The notes beneath the pieces are model-generated. The model was not told the origin of the DNA and did not search any database. It saw nothing but the letters and a program-made list of their open reading frames with translations. From the human T2T-CHM13v2.0 reference genome, Homo sapiens: a stretch of DNA of 64,000 bases. Position numbers and translations under genes: made by a program. Within the stretch, counting starts at the first letter, position 1; each line of letters begins with the position of its first letter. Location: assembly GCF_009914755.1 (NCBI RefSeq), contig NC_060926.1. One strand, written 5' to 3'. Positions 1-16,246 of the stretch are shown in pieces.

Positions 1-478
1 TCTCTAAATTCTTTAGCATTGTAACCTTCATGCAAATTCTAATATTCTATCCAAAGAAATCTGCCAATCCATATCTAAATTAAATTTAAAAATGAATCAA
101 AAGCTTTCAGCCTTATTCCTGGCTCCTAGGCCTGCAAAGTAAGCAGCAGTCAAGCTGGCTTGCAGTGGATTGACTAAGTACTGGTTCAAAGGCCTCTAGT
201 AATCACTAGGAGTCTAACAGATCCTGACCCCCTGGTGCCTACAGGAGGCCAGATAGCATGGAGCCTTTAGGAGCAGGTTCGGGTGGCTCCATGTCAATAC
301 TTCGGTAGTCCCTACAGGGGTTGCTCTTTTGTTCTCAATAGCATCTTCCCAAAGATTTACCTTTTCCTTCCAGCCCCATCTGCCTTCTTTCAAAAATTCT
401 CAGCAGATGATCTAGTCTTAGATTTTACCATCTCTGCTGCCAATAACAGCTAACATGTATTGAGGGTTTCTTACAGCC

Positions 479-830
479 CCATGGACTGAATATTTGTGTC
501 CCTCTGAAATTTGTATGCCAAAACCTAATCTGTAATGTGATGGTATTTGGAGACGTGGACTTTGGGATGTAATTATGTCATAAGGATGGAGCCCTCATGA
601 CGGGATTCATGCCTTAATAAGAACAGACAAAACAGCCTGCTCCTATCTCTCTATACCATCTGAAAATACAATGAGAAGACAGCAATCTGCAGGCCAGGAA
701 GAGTGCTCTCACCAGGCACTGGATCTGCCGGTGCCCTGATCTTAGACTTCTCAGTCTCCAGATCTGTGAAAAATAAATATTGCTTAAGCCACAAAACCTA
801 TGGTAATTAGTCACAGTAGTGCAAATGGAA
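479..830 (+). mobile_element. MLT1A-type MaLR LTR inserted in a MIR
   Basis: ggactgaatatttgtgtccc...gtatttggag...ccctcatga...cttctcagtctccaga...aaataaat...taagcc; MIR-like sequence on both sides (about 440-475 and 835-1050). Confidence 0.75.
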
Positions 831-1299
831 GAGGCCTATGGCTAGGCTCAATTTTAATTAACTTACATGTATGAATTCACTTAGCATTCCTGACAGCCCC
901 AGGAAGTAAGAACTGTCAGTATCTCACTTTTAAAGATGAAGATACTGAGTCACCTTAAGGTTAAGCTAACTACTCACGATCTCACCGTCGTTTTGTGGAA
1001 AAACAGAGCTATTAATCAGAAAATGTGACTCCGAAGGTGGAGTTCTTGACAATTACATTAAAGTACAGGCTCTTGGGGAAAGGCTTCCTCAGTCTCTCTC
1101 TTCTTCACATCTACAGATATGTACACTGTACCACTGACCATATCCCACCTATGTGCCTAGCTAAGGTTACCTTTCAACTTGTGTTCTAGAATTGTCCCCC
1201 CTCCTAGAGGCAACCGTCCCCTTTGTCTAAACCTTTCCAATTATGTCTTCCTAGTCCTTCAATGTAAAAACTAAAGCTAAAGTAAACGAAACCTACATT

Positions 1300-2950
1300 C
1301 AACCCTATTTAGTCCTGAACTTAGAGACACATCTTTCTTCCGTTTACAGCTGAGCTTCTTGAAAAAGTGATCTATTCCTCAATCCTAAATGATTACATTT
1401 ATTTGTCTCAAATTTACTCAGTAATTTACTGAAAGCAATTTTGAAAGGCCCTGAAAGATCTCTCCCTGTGGAATTCAGTGTTTGTTGTCCTGTTCTAACT
1501 TTTCCATATGGTCAGCAGAATCTGGCAGAGTTGAGTGCTTTGTTCTAGAGGCAGTTCCTTTCATTTCTACAATCCTCTCCTGTTATTCCCTTCCTATCTC
1601 CCAGTGAGCTCATTATTGAGAGATTCTCATTGGGCTTTTTATTCTACCGGTTCCTTAACTGTATCAGTGGCCTCAACATCCTTACCTCAACCTCTTCTCT
1701 TTTTCATTTGGATACTACCCCACAGTCTCAATGATCACTCTTAGGCTTCTAACTGCAAGACATGCATTTAGCCCTGATTATTCATCTGAGCTCCAGCCTA
1801 AACTGCCTCAAATACCTCTGAAACAAATTCAAATGGATATTTTGCAGGCCACTCAATCTCAAAGCTAAAACGAATCCGCCACCCCCACCATAGCTTTTTC
1901 TCCTAATTTTTCTATCTTGACAATGGGACCGCCATCCATCACTATCTACCTTAAGCCTGTAACCTCAGACTCTTCTACTTCTTTCTCTCCCTCATTTTCC
2001 CTCTTTTCTAGACAGACTTCATCTAACCTTGTCTCTTCAATCAATCTCCTTTTCACCAGGTAACCAGTAAGCCAAAGTAAAGGAAGATGCTAGGAAAGAC
2101 ACTAGGTTTCCAACTCCTACTCTTAATACCTTTCCCCAACTCTACAACCTAGCATGGAGGTTCTTACCATGCGCCAAGCATTGCACTGACCACTTTATAT
2201 ATTTTATCTCATTCAATAATCCCAACTATCATTAGCCTCATCTTAAAAAACAGAAAACTCGGATAAAAGAAGTTAAATAAGTTGTCCAAAATAATACAGA
2301 ATTAGAATTCTTACTGGGAGTTTATCTGACACCAAAACCATTCTCACAGTGACTGTCTCTCACAATGCTTGTTACAGCTTTCAGCCACTCTATCTGAAAC
2401 AACATCCAAATGGCCCCTCTTCTGCCAGCCCCTTCTCTACCTCATCCTCAAATCCATTTTCATAGTGCCCTAAGATTTCACAAAAGAAATAAGTAATAAA
2501 GCCTAGCTAATTATGTCTTCCTAAAACATCAATTGGTGTCCCCTGCCTTATAGAACAAAATCGAAACTCTCTAGCCTGCAGTACAAAACCCCATGCATCT
2601 TTTGAACATCATCTCCCCGTCTTTTGCTCCTGTCCTCTCTCTCACATTCCAAGTTCTAGCTCTAATTAAATACATCCCATTATTGTACCTGTATCAACTA
2701 CGTATTTTTTTATTTACTTTTCTGTGCTGCTCCCTTTCCCCTAACCTTTGCCCTGGCTCTAGTTGTTGTATTTACCCTTTAAACCCAATTAAAAGTGTCA
2801 CTGCCTCTTTAAGACCAAGTTATACCTGCAAAGGTCAAATTATCACTCCCAGATAAACTAAAATGTCCCTTTACACAGCTCCCATGACACCTAGCTTTAT
2901 TTGTACATACCTTTACTCATTCATGTGTCACAACTACTGCAATTGTTTTA
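1300..2950 (-). mobile_element. Degraded L2 fragments with an embedded MIR (about 2160-2350)
   Basis: Pyrimidine-rich L2-like phrases (ctgagctccag, cctctttctc...ccaagtt); MIR phrases (ctcatcttaaaa...aagttaaataagttgtccaa). Confidence 0.5.
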
Positions 2951-3589
2951 TATATCTGTTTTCCTCATCTCCCTCAATAGTTTTCTGATCTCAGCCCCTA
3001 ATTCATGAGGAATAGAGAGTCTCCATGTTTTAAAAGTTAAAGGACAAATAAATGAAGTGATCCTAGCTGAAGGAATTAAAATAGAAGCACCAAGACGTTA
3101 AGCCGACACTAAAAGCATTCAAGAAAGATTGAACTGATTCAAAATTTACAGAAACAGAGAGAGAGAATAGAGACATGGCATTTGGCCAGTACAACACTAT
3201 CTTACCTCTGCAGAGTGGATCTTTGCTTCTGGATTCTAAGTAGATAGGGAAAGAACTAACATTCAGAAAATTAGGGGTGTGGTCCACAGAGCATCACTGA
3301 TAATGTGTATCTCCCTAAAAAAAATCATTCATGGTAGGGATAGGCAATGATACTATCACCCACAGTCATTTTCATGGGCACCTGAGATGGCTACAGCTGG
3401 GGAACGGTCCAGGGCTCCCACTACCTTGCAGAGGAAGATAAACAACTACTGGATCAACACGAAAAGAGGATGTAGATCCAACTGGATCCCTTTCCTCCTC
3501 TCAGGGCTGAGTTCTCTCCGGTATCCCTTCTCATTTCAGCGCTGTGTTTTCAGTTGCAAGGGATGGTCCAGGGTCCAGAAACAAACTTC

Positions 3590-3905
3590 ATTTTCTTTCT
3601 TTTCTTTTCTTTTCTTTTTTTTTTAGACAGAGTCTTGCTCTGTCGCCCAGGCTGGAGTGCAGTGACGAAACCTCGGCTCACTGCAACTTCTGCCTCCCGG
3701 GTTCAAGCGATTCTCCTGCCTCACCCTCCTGAGTAGCTGGGATTACAGGCGTGCACCACCACACTCGGCTAATTTTTGTATTTTTAGTAGAGATGGAGTT
3801 TCACCATGTTGGCCAGGTTGGTCTCGAACTCCTGACCTCAAATGATTCACCCACCTCGGCCTACCAAAGTACTGGGATTACAGATGTGAGCTACTGCGCC
3901 TGGCC
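3590..3905 (-). mobile_element. AluS (Sx/Sz-like)
   Basis: T-rich tail, agacagagtcttgctctgtcgcccaggctggagtgcag...tggcc. Confidence 0.95.
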
Positions 3906-4258
3906 TGAACTTCTTTTTCAAAGCGTGCTAGAGAAAGGACGCAAGTGCAGCCCTGGACTGGACTCCCCTTTGTATATTACATGTGATTTGGCCGAAGTTA
4001 TTTGAGTGAAAGCGGTTGGATAACCCTAGAAATTTAGTTAAAATGGCATTTGGGTAAGAAATGAAAGTCCTCACTCACTTGTTTTACATATATGCAATTT
4101 GGGTGTTGATGGTGGTTTGGAGGTGGGATAGTTTTTGCAACTCATTCTACACATTTGGCTATTTTTCAAAATGAATAATTTTTTTTTTCTTTTTGCTTGT
4201 CTTTCTTAAATTTCTAAATCATTTCAGCCAGTGTTCTGTTCTGCACAGTACATGATAG

Positions 4259-6320
<2,062 letters not shown>

Positions 6321-7870
6321 TAAAATGCTGTGCTAGTGCCTCCTTCCTCACAGGGCTGCTGGGAAGATGAAATGTAGTAATTTGCATGAAAGGTTTACAA
6401 CGATGCCTGACACATGAGAGGTGTGTAGCATGCATTAGTCATTAGGATTATATCTTACCGTCCTAAAAACCTGAGTGACACACTTCTCTCATCCTCCTCT
6501 TCCGGCCTCAGGGGATGCCCTTCTCTGTCCACTTCCAGTTTTCCCCAAAGATACTAGCTCTTTTGGTCAATGCTTACCTTGGCTTATAACATCCTAAATG
6601 CCCACCTGCAAGAACTCTTAATCCTCAGAACCAACTCCAGGGAAAATTGTGTGCTTCACTGAAAAACTAGAGCACGCCCTTCTGGTTCTCATTCAGAATC
6701 TAAGAGGGGTCTGTCTGCTCCTTCATAATCTTGGAGCCATTTTATAAATCTGTAAATAGCCCTGCTTTTTTTTCCCCCTCTTTAGACCTCTTGTAACATC
6801 TTCCTGTCTCCCTTACTTAATGAGCTAGGTAAAATGTGAGACAAATTCATTTTGTGTCTGTAGTCATGATTTTACTTGCTTAAAAAATATTCATTGACTA
6901 AACCTATGAGTCCATTACTATTGTTTTCCCCTTCTTGTGGAAGAGAAAATGAAAGCTACGATTTGATTTGAAAGGAAGCTCTACTTGGCTTATCCTAAGG
7001 GGGTTCATGTCCTCTTAGCCTAGCTATGGCTAAAGAACCTCCAGTGAGGCTCCATGGAGCTGCTTTCCCAGCCACCAGGGGAAGGGAAGAGGTTGCAGGA
7101 GTCTTTTGTGCCTCACCTAACCCCACAGAGCCTTCTCCATATCCCACAGGCTACTGTGCACCCTGGCTTCCAAGAATAAACTGTCTTTCCTTCCAGCAGC
7201 TTCCATCCCAAGCCACCTACCTCCAGCCCTTAGAGGACTGGGGATCTGGCCTCCAGAAGAGGGCCTCCTAGACCACTGCTGTGAGCAGCCACCAACTGTT
7301 CCAGTGTTCTTTTCTGTAGAAGCGCCCTATCTGCAGTTCTGGGTTTCCCTCCTCCTTCTCAGCTGCTTTGACACCCACTCCACTTTCTGCTGTCATCTCA
7401 GAGCCAGCACCTTTCTCCTGGACATCATGTCTTGGTGCTTCTCATTAAGCTCCATCTTCATTCTCTCCCCACTTCCACTGCCATCTCCCAATTTGAAACC
7501 ACATCTATTGGACTCCTCCTGTGTTCTTTTCCACTTGATGAAGTCTAAAACCTGGGGACTGATTAGTGGAAGCCCTAAGATATTAAACAATAATGATAAT
7601 GGTAATAGTAATAGAAAAATAAAGCTTAATGCTATCAGGGAGAGTGTAAAGGTAACATCAGAAGGCATTAATTGTTAGATAAAATCAAACAATCGCAACT
7701 TTAAATATTTTACCGACATCCAATAATTTTGTGCCTGTTTCACATTTTTGAACGGTGGTTGGTATTTCTCACTCGATTAAAAAAATTTGAATATCTATTT
7801 TTGGAAACTATAAGGAATTTATTCATAAGAATTATTACATTTTAAAGTATGTTTTAAGAAAACTATTCTT

Positions 7871-8175
<305 letters not shown>

Positions 8176-9356
8176 TCATATGTCCGTAACCTTCTCCAGT
8201 CTCCACCCTTTGGTCTCTAACTACACAGGGAGTTGGAATAAAGACAAATTCAACCTTCCTTTAGATTCTTTCATAAGGAAAAAAAAGTCAATCAAATAAA
8301 GTTGAGAGAAGGCGGCATATTTGATGTATTTGGTTTTAGCAAATAGACCAGATGAATAGGCTTTGCTGCCACACAAAGGCACTTAGTGAACATTTGACTC
8401 TGAGCTAAGTAAAAAATAACTATGTCAGGTAATGCTAGATTTAACCATTCCACAATATACAGTCTGTACACTTCAAAACATCATGTTGTCCACAATAGAT
8501 ACATATAATTGTATCTGTCAATTAAAAAATAAATTTGAAAAATGTTAAAGAGTTTTTTTTAAAGGAGGGCTGCTCCAAGGGTTGTTGAGGTCCAAGGGTT
8601 GTTGATTTGCTTATTTTGAATTCTTACATCAATAAGCTGCATTGATTTGGGGGCCTGAAGGGCGAGTTGCATTATTTTGCTATAAAATGCAGAAGAATCA
8701 CAGCATCTTAAATTTGGGAGGTGCTCTAAATAGTAGTGAGTCCATCTGCACATCCTCCACCAGAGCCTCCCTCAGAAACTCCTCTGAGTGGTCATCCAAA
8801 CACTCAAGGCACAGGGTCAGGGAGGTCCTCTCTGGACATCTACCACAGCCTTGGATATGAAGAGTATGAGTGGTTAATAATCCGTGTTAGAGGTTTTGCT
8901 TTACCCTGAGCCAAATACGGACTATAATTCTCACAAACCGTCTCTGGTAAATCAATAAAACCACTAGTAAATGTAGAAGGAAGATTTATCATTGGATTAA
9001 AAAATATGTATGTGTAAAAGGAAGTTAAAGTCCCAAGGAGACAAGTCAATAAAACCATCTCCTTCATTCCTGGCCAGGTCCTCCCCTTGGATAACAATGA
9101 TGTTATTACCTTCATCCATGTGTCCCGGGCATCACCAGAATATCACAGCCTCTGTCTAAAGTGGAGCAAACAAATGTCACTGTAATTAATCTGAACTGCA
9201 AGCCTTCAGCCTGCTGCTCCTTTCTCCTTTCTTGGGTAATTAAAGGAACAGAAGATAAGGTGCATGAGTATAGACTGGCATTGTGCTAAATCTGAGTTGC
9301 AGAAATCCTTTGGGAGCAGCGTGCAATGTCTTATTTTCTCTTCACTGCATCACTGA

Positions 9357-9663
<307 letters not shown>

Positions 9664-9734
9664 CTCACTGCATCTTCTAATCCTTCCTAAGGTTTTGACT
9701 CCACCTACAGCTTCTTTCCTTGGATATGGTAGTT

Positions 9735-9945
9735 CACACATCCTAGTTGAAAACAAATCATGGAAATTTGCCAAGAGTAGATTTCAGGTGCTTTCAACAG
9801 ACACCAAAAGGTAACTCTGTGGGAAGACGGCTATGTTAATTTGTTTGACTGTGATAAGCACTTCGTTAGGTCTATGTATACCAAAACATTATGTTGTACA
9901 CCTTAAATACTACAATTTAAACATTTTAAAACAATAAAATAAAGA
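9735..9945 (+). mobile_element. Old L1M 3' end fragment
   Basis: aaatttgccaagagtagatttcagg...tatgttaatttgtttgac...tgttgtacaccttaaata. A similar fragment lies at about 8420-8535. Confidence 0.65.
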
Positions 9946-10367
9946 GAAAGCTTGCCCTATTCTTCAGGCTTGAGGTGCTTGAGAATAACACCTGGCAGAT
10001 ACAGCCACCTTGGAATAAGAGGAGAGACACTGGCTACACTACAGGGAAGGGGATAGACATCAGGAGCAGGTACGCAGCATGATAAAACACACAGCTGCGC
10101 ACACACACATCCTCCTCACTCACTTGCAGAAGCCCCAAATGCTTTCAGAGTTGGGGCCAACTTCCTTTCTTGGAAAACATGACACTTGGCATTCAAATGC
10201 ATGTGGGAGATGAGATGTGTCCAGCAGGCAAGAGTGAGGCAGGAGCATAAAGACACAGCACTCTCCAGGTGACCTGAGGTCTACCTCATCTCTGTTTTCT
10301 TCTGTCCTGGCCCCTTCACTGCTCTGAGAATCAATATCCTCATCCTAAAAGGGAGATCTAGACTAGA

Positions 10368-10540
10368 CCAGTGGGTAGAATACTTTTTCCATAAAGGGCC
10401 AGATACTAATATTTTAGACCACACGCCATATCGTCCCTGTTGCAACTACTCAACTCTGTGGCAGCAAAAAAGCAGCTACAGACAATACGTAATAAAAGGA
10501 GGGAGGCTGTGTTTGCAGCTCGTAGGTTGCCATGCTCTGA
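10368..10540. mobile_element. MER58-type hAT-Charlie DNA transposon remnant
   Basis: ttttccataaagggccagata...gttgcaactactcaactctg...aaagcagctacagacaatacgtaa. Confidence 0.75.
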
Positions 10541-11341
10541 GCTCCACATTCTCTTGGTTCAGAAGTTCAGCCATTATAGCCCAGGGTTCAAATTGAGGCC
10601 CAACAGACCTTGTTGGTCTTCAGTTCTGTGAGCTCAGTCCTCTTGATCTATTTTCTGCTCTGATAACCTGTCTGGACCCAGATTTCGTGCCAAGAATGGG
10701 AGCTTGCCATCATCCTGCTAGGCTCCCCAGACTAATTGGAAGCCAAGTCACTGTAACTTACTGATGCCATCACTGTATTCCCGATGCCATCAGCAAGTAG
10801 AATTGATAGCAACACCCTGTTCACACTAGACGTGCCTCCACCCTGAATCCAAGTCCATCTTGCTCCTACCCCCATCAGGGCAGCTGGGACCATTTGCTGC
10901 TGTCTTGGTTCCTCTGTGTGGAAGGAAAGTCTGACCTATACTGCACAGCCTCAGCTTCAATTGCCCAAACCTGACCATCTCTCAGTACTGCCGTTGTTCT
11001 GTCTCCCAATCTCTGACCTGCCACCACCACAGGGCTTGATTCTAGATCTTGGATCCTTCTCTTTCCCCTGTCCTGTGTAAGTCATGAGACCTCGTTCAGC
11101 AAAGTTTTCTGTCAATTATCAGATGGACAGAGATTCAGGTACATGAAGGAAAACAGGGATCTCAGATTTAGAAGTGGAAAGAAGTCTTCAGCCCACTTCT
11201 TAGAAGTATTGCACAAGGTCAGAATCAGACTGAGTCCAGATGATACGCCTCTAATAAACTTGACCTTGTGAATCATTACTTGGAAAACATCAGTAAAGCA
11301 GGGTGGCACAGAAATCTAAGCTAGCATTAAAATCAGAAAAG

Positions 11342-11829
<488 letters not shown>

Positions 11830-14484
11830 TCAGAAAGTAAAGTCCTAGGCCTGCACAAGCTTTATGACAGGCTTATAGCACCCTCTTGTGTTTACTTCTG
11901 AGAAATGCAGGATTCTATCTGGACTGGGTTTTTTTTTTTTTTCCAGAAATCTCTTATATTCTCATTTTTACTTGAACTGACTTAATCTCCAACCAAATTA
12001 CAAAGAAGGCAAACATGTATAATCCCAAATCTCAATCCCAGATCTGTCTTAAGTCTACATGTTATCTCATTCCATTTTCAAAATATCCCTCTGAAGGAGG
12101 TCAGGTAGGTTCTGACTCTCTTGGGAGCAGGTGGAAGCAGAGACTGAAAGTCTTGCCCAAGATCACAAAAAGGATCCACAGCAGAACAGCCTGTGCCATC
12201 ACCCAGGGCTCCTGGCTGCAACAGGCCTAATATTCTTAAATGGTTATTTCACAGGACTTCTCAGGTTGAGCAGGTTTCCATCTCTGCCAGGGTCAGGTCA
12301 TCACCAAAGCACACAGGGGTCAGTTGTGTCACAGAGTGTGGGGAAATAGGGCAAGAAGTAGGAAGCCAGTGTCAGAAACAAGGCTGGGCTACAACTGGGT
12401 GCCAGGCAGGCAGACGATTGAATCCTTGATCTCCTGCCTTTCTTACCAGTGCTGTGTAGCTAAGTAGCAGTGTCCTCCAGGGGACAGAAGCAGGGCGGGG
12501 CCAATACCTGTGCTCTATGCAGTTGAAGGGCCAGGAGTGTGGATCGGGGATCCCACACCAGGAAGGCGAGTAGCCTGCAACCATGTGAACTTCATGCCAA
12601 GGTCCTCTTTCGAACTCACTGTGTCCCAGACAGCCTGCTTCTCCACCACAACCACACATGTGTGTCCACACTTCTGCATTTTTTCTTCCACTGTTTATGC
12701 TGCCTGGAAGCTTTCCCTGCTGCAGCCTTCAAAATGTCCCTTGTCTTCAAGGCCATGATGAAATGTCATCTCTTCCCTCTGGTTTTCCCTCATCTTCTCA
12801 TCTCCTCTCACTACCCACTTCCCACCACATATACACCTCTCACTGTGGACTTTTGTTTTGCACTGATTTACCAGGTGCGCATTGTTTTCTACTTATTCAC
12901 CTTTCCCATAGTCTGTGAGCATTTTTCAGTCATAGACCACTCCTTCATTTTATTTGTTTTTTTTATAGAAAGGCACAGGAAAGCATAGTAGAAACATACG
13001 TGAGCTTTGAACCAGACAAACCTGATCCACATCTTGACCCAACAACCTCACCTAAGTCATGTTAACTTTTTATGGTAGATTCTTGCATCTGTAAAATGTG
13101 ATAAAATTACCTGTTGTTCTGAAAAAAATAAATGCAATAACATGCATAAAGCTCTTACACACAGAAAGCAGTAGCTTTAATAACATCCAGTTGAATCTCT
13201 TTGTTATACCAATAAAGAAATAAATCTAAGAGGGAGGAAGTGACTTGCCCAAGGTCTTAAACAACTTTTAGAACCCAAACCCACACTTCTTAACTCAAAG
13301 CCAGTACTTTTTAAACCAACCAAAGTCCTTTTCAACCCATTTGCTATTCCGCTACCATCAGCCAATAAAATTGCTACCAACACACTCTGCATATTGATAC
13401 GTACTATACTATATTTCTGCCTACTGTCACTTTCTTTTTCCAAATAAGGCCATGTTCTCCAAAAACGGAGGTTAGCTCTTCCTCTTCCCTATCTTTTCCA
13501 AGGCATGACCTAACACAGGAAGGGGCACATGGTAAGAACTCAAAACACACTTGCAAACTCTGAGTGATCCTTAACTTCCTCAGTTTCCCTCAGCCTCTGT
13601 ATCCAAGTCATCATCCCATCCTGCCAATCCTAAATTTGACATGTGCCCCACATTTCCTCCCCTCTTCTCTTCATTCCTATTGGCACTCTTGGAGTTCATT
13701 CTGACTGACTTCCCACCTGCACCTGTGTGGTTCCCTGAGGGTGACAATGTGACGTGGCAGACACACAGGCATGGTTCCCAAGAGCAGAGTAGGACTGAAA
13801 GGTACTTTCCTAAGTGGCCAGGTGTCGGAAGCCAGTTTCTAAGGCCAGGTAAGAGGGATAATAACATGGTGAAAAAGAAAAGCATAGGCAATAGAGCTAG
13901 AAGCCAAGTTGACATAGAACAGAGGAGGAAGTAAGAGGAGGGGTAGGGATGGGGAGAGGACAAGCAATTGCTACAACTGAGTCTAGGGACACAGATGCAC
14001 ATTTATATTTATTTATTTATTTATTGGATGCCATCCACATGACAAATGAGTAGGCCAAACGGAAGGTAGCACAGAAATGTCTCTGTCCTCAACAATGCCC
14101 GCTGACTCCAGGCAAAATCCTGTCTGCACACTTGGACTTCCAGAAAACAAAGCCCCTGCCTTCCTCTGGTTATTAGAGCAGAAATTACCCCAGACCCCAC
14201 ATCCTTCCAATGACTTCAAATCATTTCTGAGACAAGGCTCTGAGGGTGCCCCTTGCTGGTGGTATAGCTAGATACTCTTTTTCCAACCAGTCTCCTTAGT
14301 TTTTCTGACTTATAAGCCAGGAATTTTTCCGGAAGGGCAGCCTCTACACCACCTATCTGGGCACCAAGCACAGTCCTACACAGGCAGCTAGGGCGTTCCC
14401 TAACCTAAATCATGATTCCATCTGTGGTCCAGGCTCAGAGCACAGGCCTCTTCATGCCTAAGACAAAAATTCCTGCTTGCCAGG

Positions 14485-15219
<735 letters not shown>

Positions 15220-16196
15220 CAAGGACTTTAAGCTATTCTAGTCACCAAAGGGATAGCAGGGAAGGAGTGATCTGGAGAAGCGTTCCTCAGCTGGTAGTTC
15301 CTCCCTGCTGCAGACACTATGTGTGCATGACCCAGGAGTGGACATGTCAGGGCCCTCTCATGGTGACCAGCAGCCCAGAGGGTGATCCCTTCTCTGCCTT
15401 CCCTGCTATAAGTGCCTAGATTTCTGCTTGTCTGTCTCTCAGGGCCTGGCCTCCTCTAGCCCCTGAGATGAGTGACTCTGTGACTTAATTACAAGATAAG
15501 ACCCTGCTGTAGTTCATCCATACTTTCCTTCAGCTCTTTATGCTTTTTTTTTTTTTGGACATTCTAATTATTTTTACTGGATACTTATTAAATAATCACA
15601 AAAAAGCAATCAGAGCTATTAAAAAGACTAAAGTTTCTTTTCAAAGACTACCTACTCCTGAAAATATTGCCTGATTGTCTCAGAACATACAGTCAAAATA
15701 TTTTGTAGAGATTGCTCTCAGAGCAGTTCACATATCATGGGGGTTCAGTACTTAAATGATAGTCTTCTGAGGTGGTAGCCCCTGGCATCCACTGGCGAGG
15801 GAACAGGAGGTCAACAGAGAGCAAAGGACTGGAGCCGGAGGCCAGTCATCATTCTAGCATCTTGTCCAATTTGAGAGGTCATAACCAGAATGGCAGAAAT
15901 ATTGATCATCCAGACCCCGTGCTTGAAGCTCGACCTTTGAAGAACGCCAGAGAGATGAAGACATTTTTTTGCAATAATAACAACAAGCATTTACTGAAGG
16001 TGTGTTATATAGCAGGCACTCTACTAAAAATATGATCTTATTGAGGAATGTCCATCTCTTACCTAATAAAAGACAGAGCTAGTGTGCAAGCATCAATCTG
16101 ACAGATTGCAAAGCTTGTGCTTTTAAACAACATGCTGTACTGTCTCTTGTAAAACAGCATTTATATAAGAAAGGGCCAAGCCAGCATTAAACCCAA

Positions 16197-16198
<2 letters not shown>

Positions 16199-16241
<43 letters not shown>
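16199..16241. repeat. (CA)n microsatellite
   Basis: About 21 uninterrupted AC units. Confidence 0.97.
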
Positions 16242-16246
<5 letters not shown>

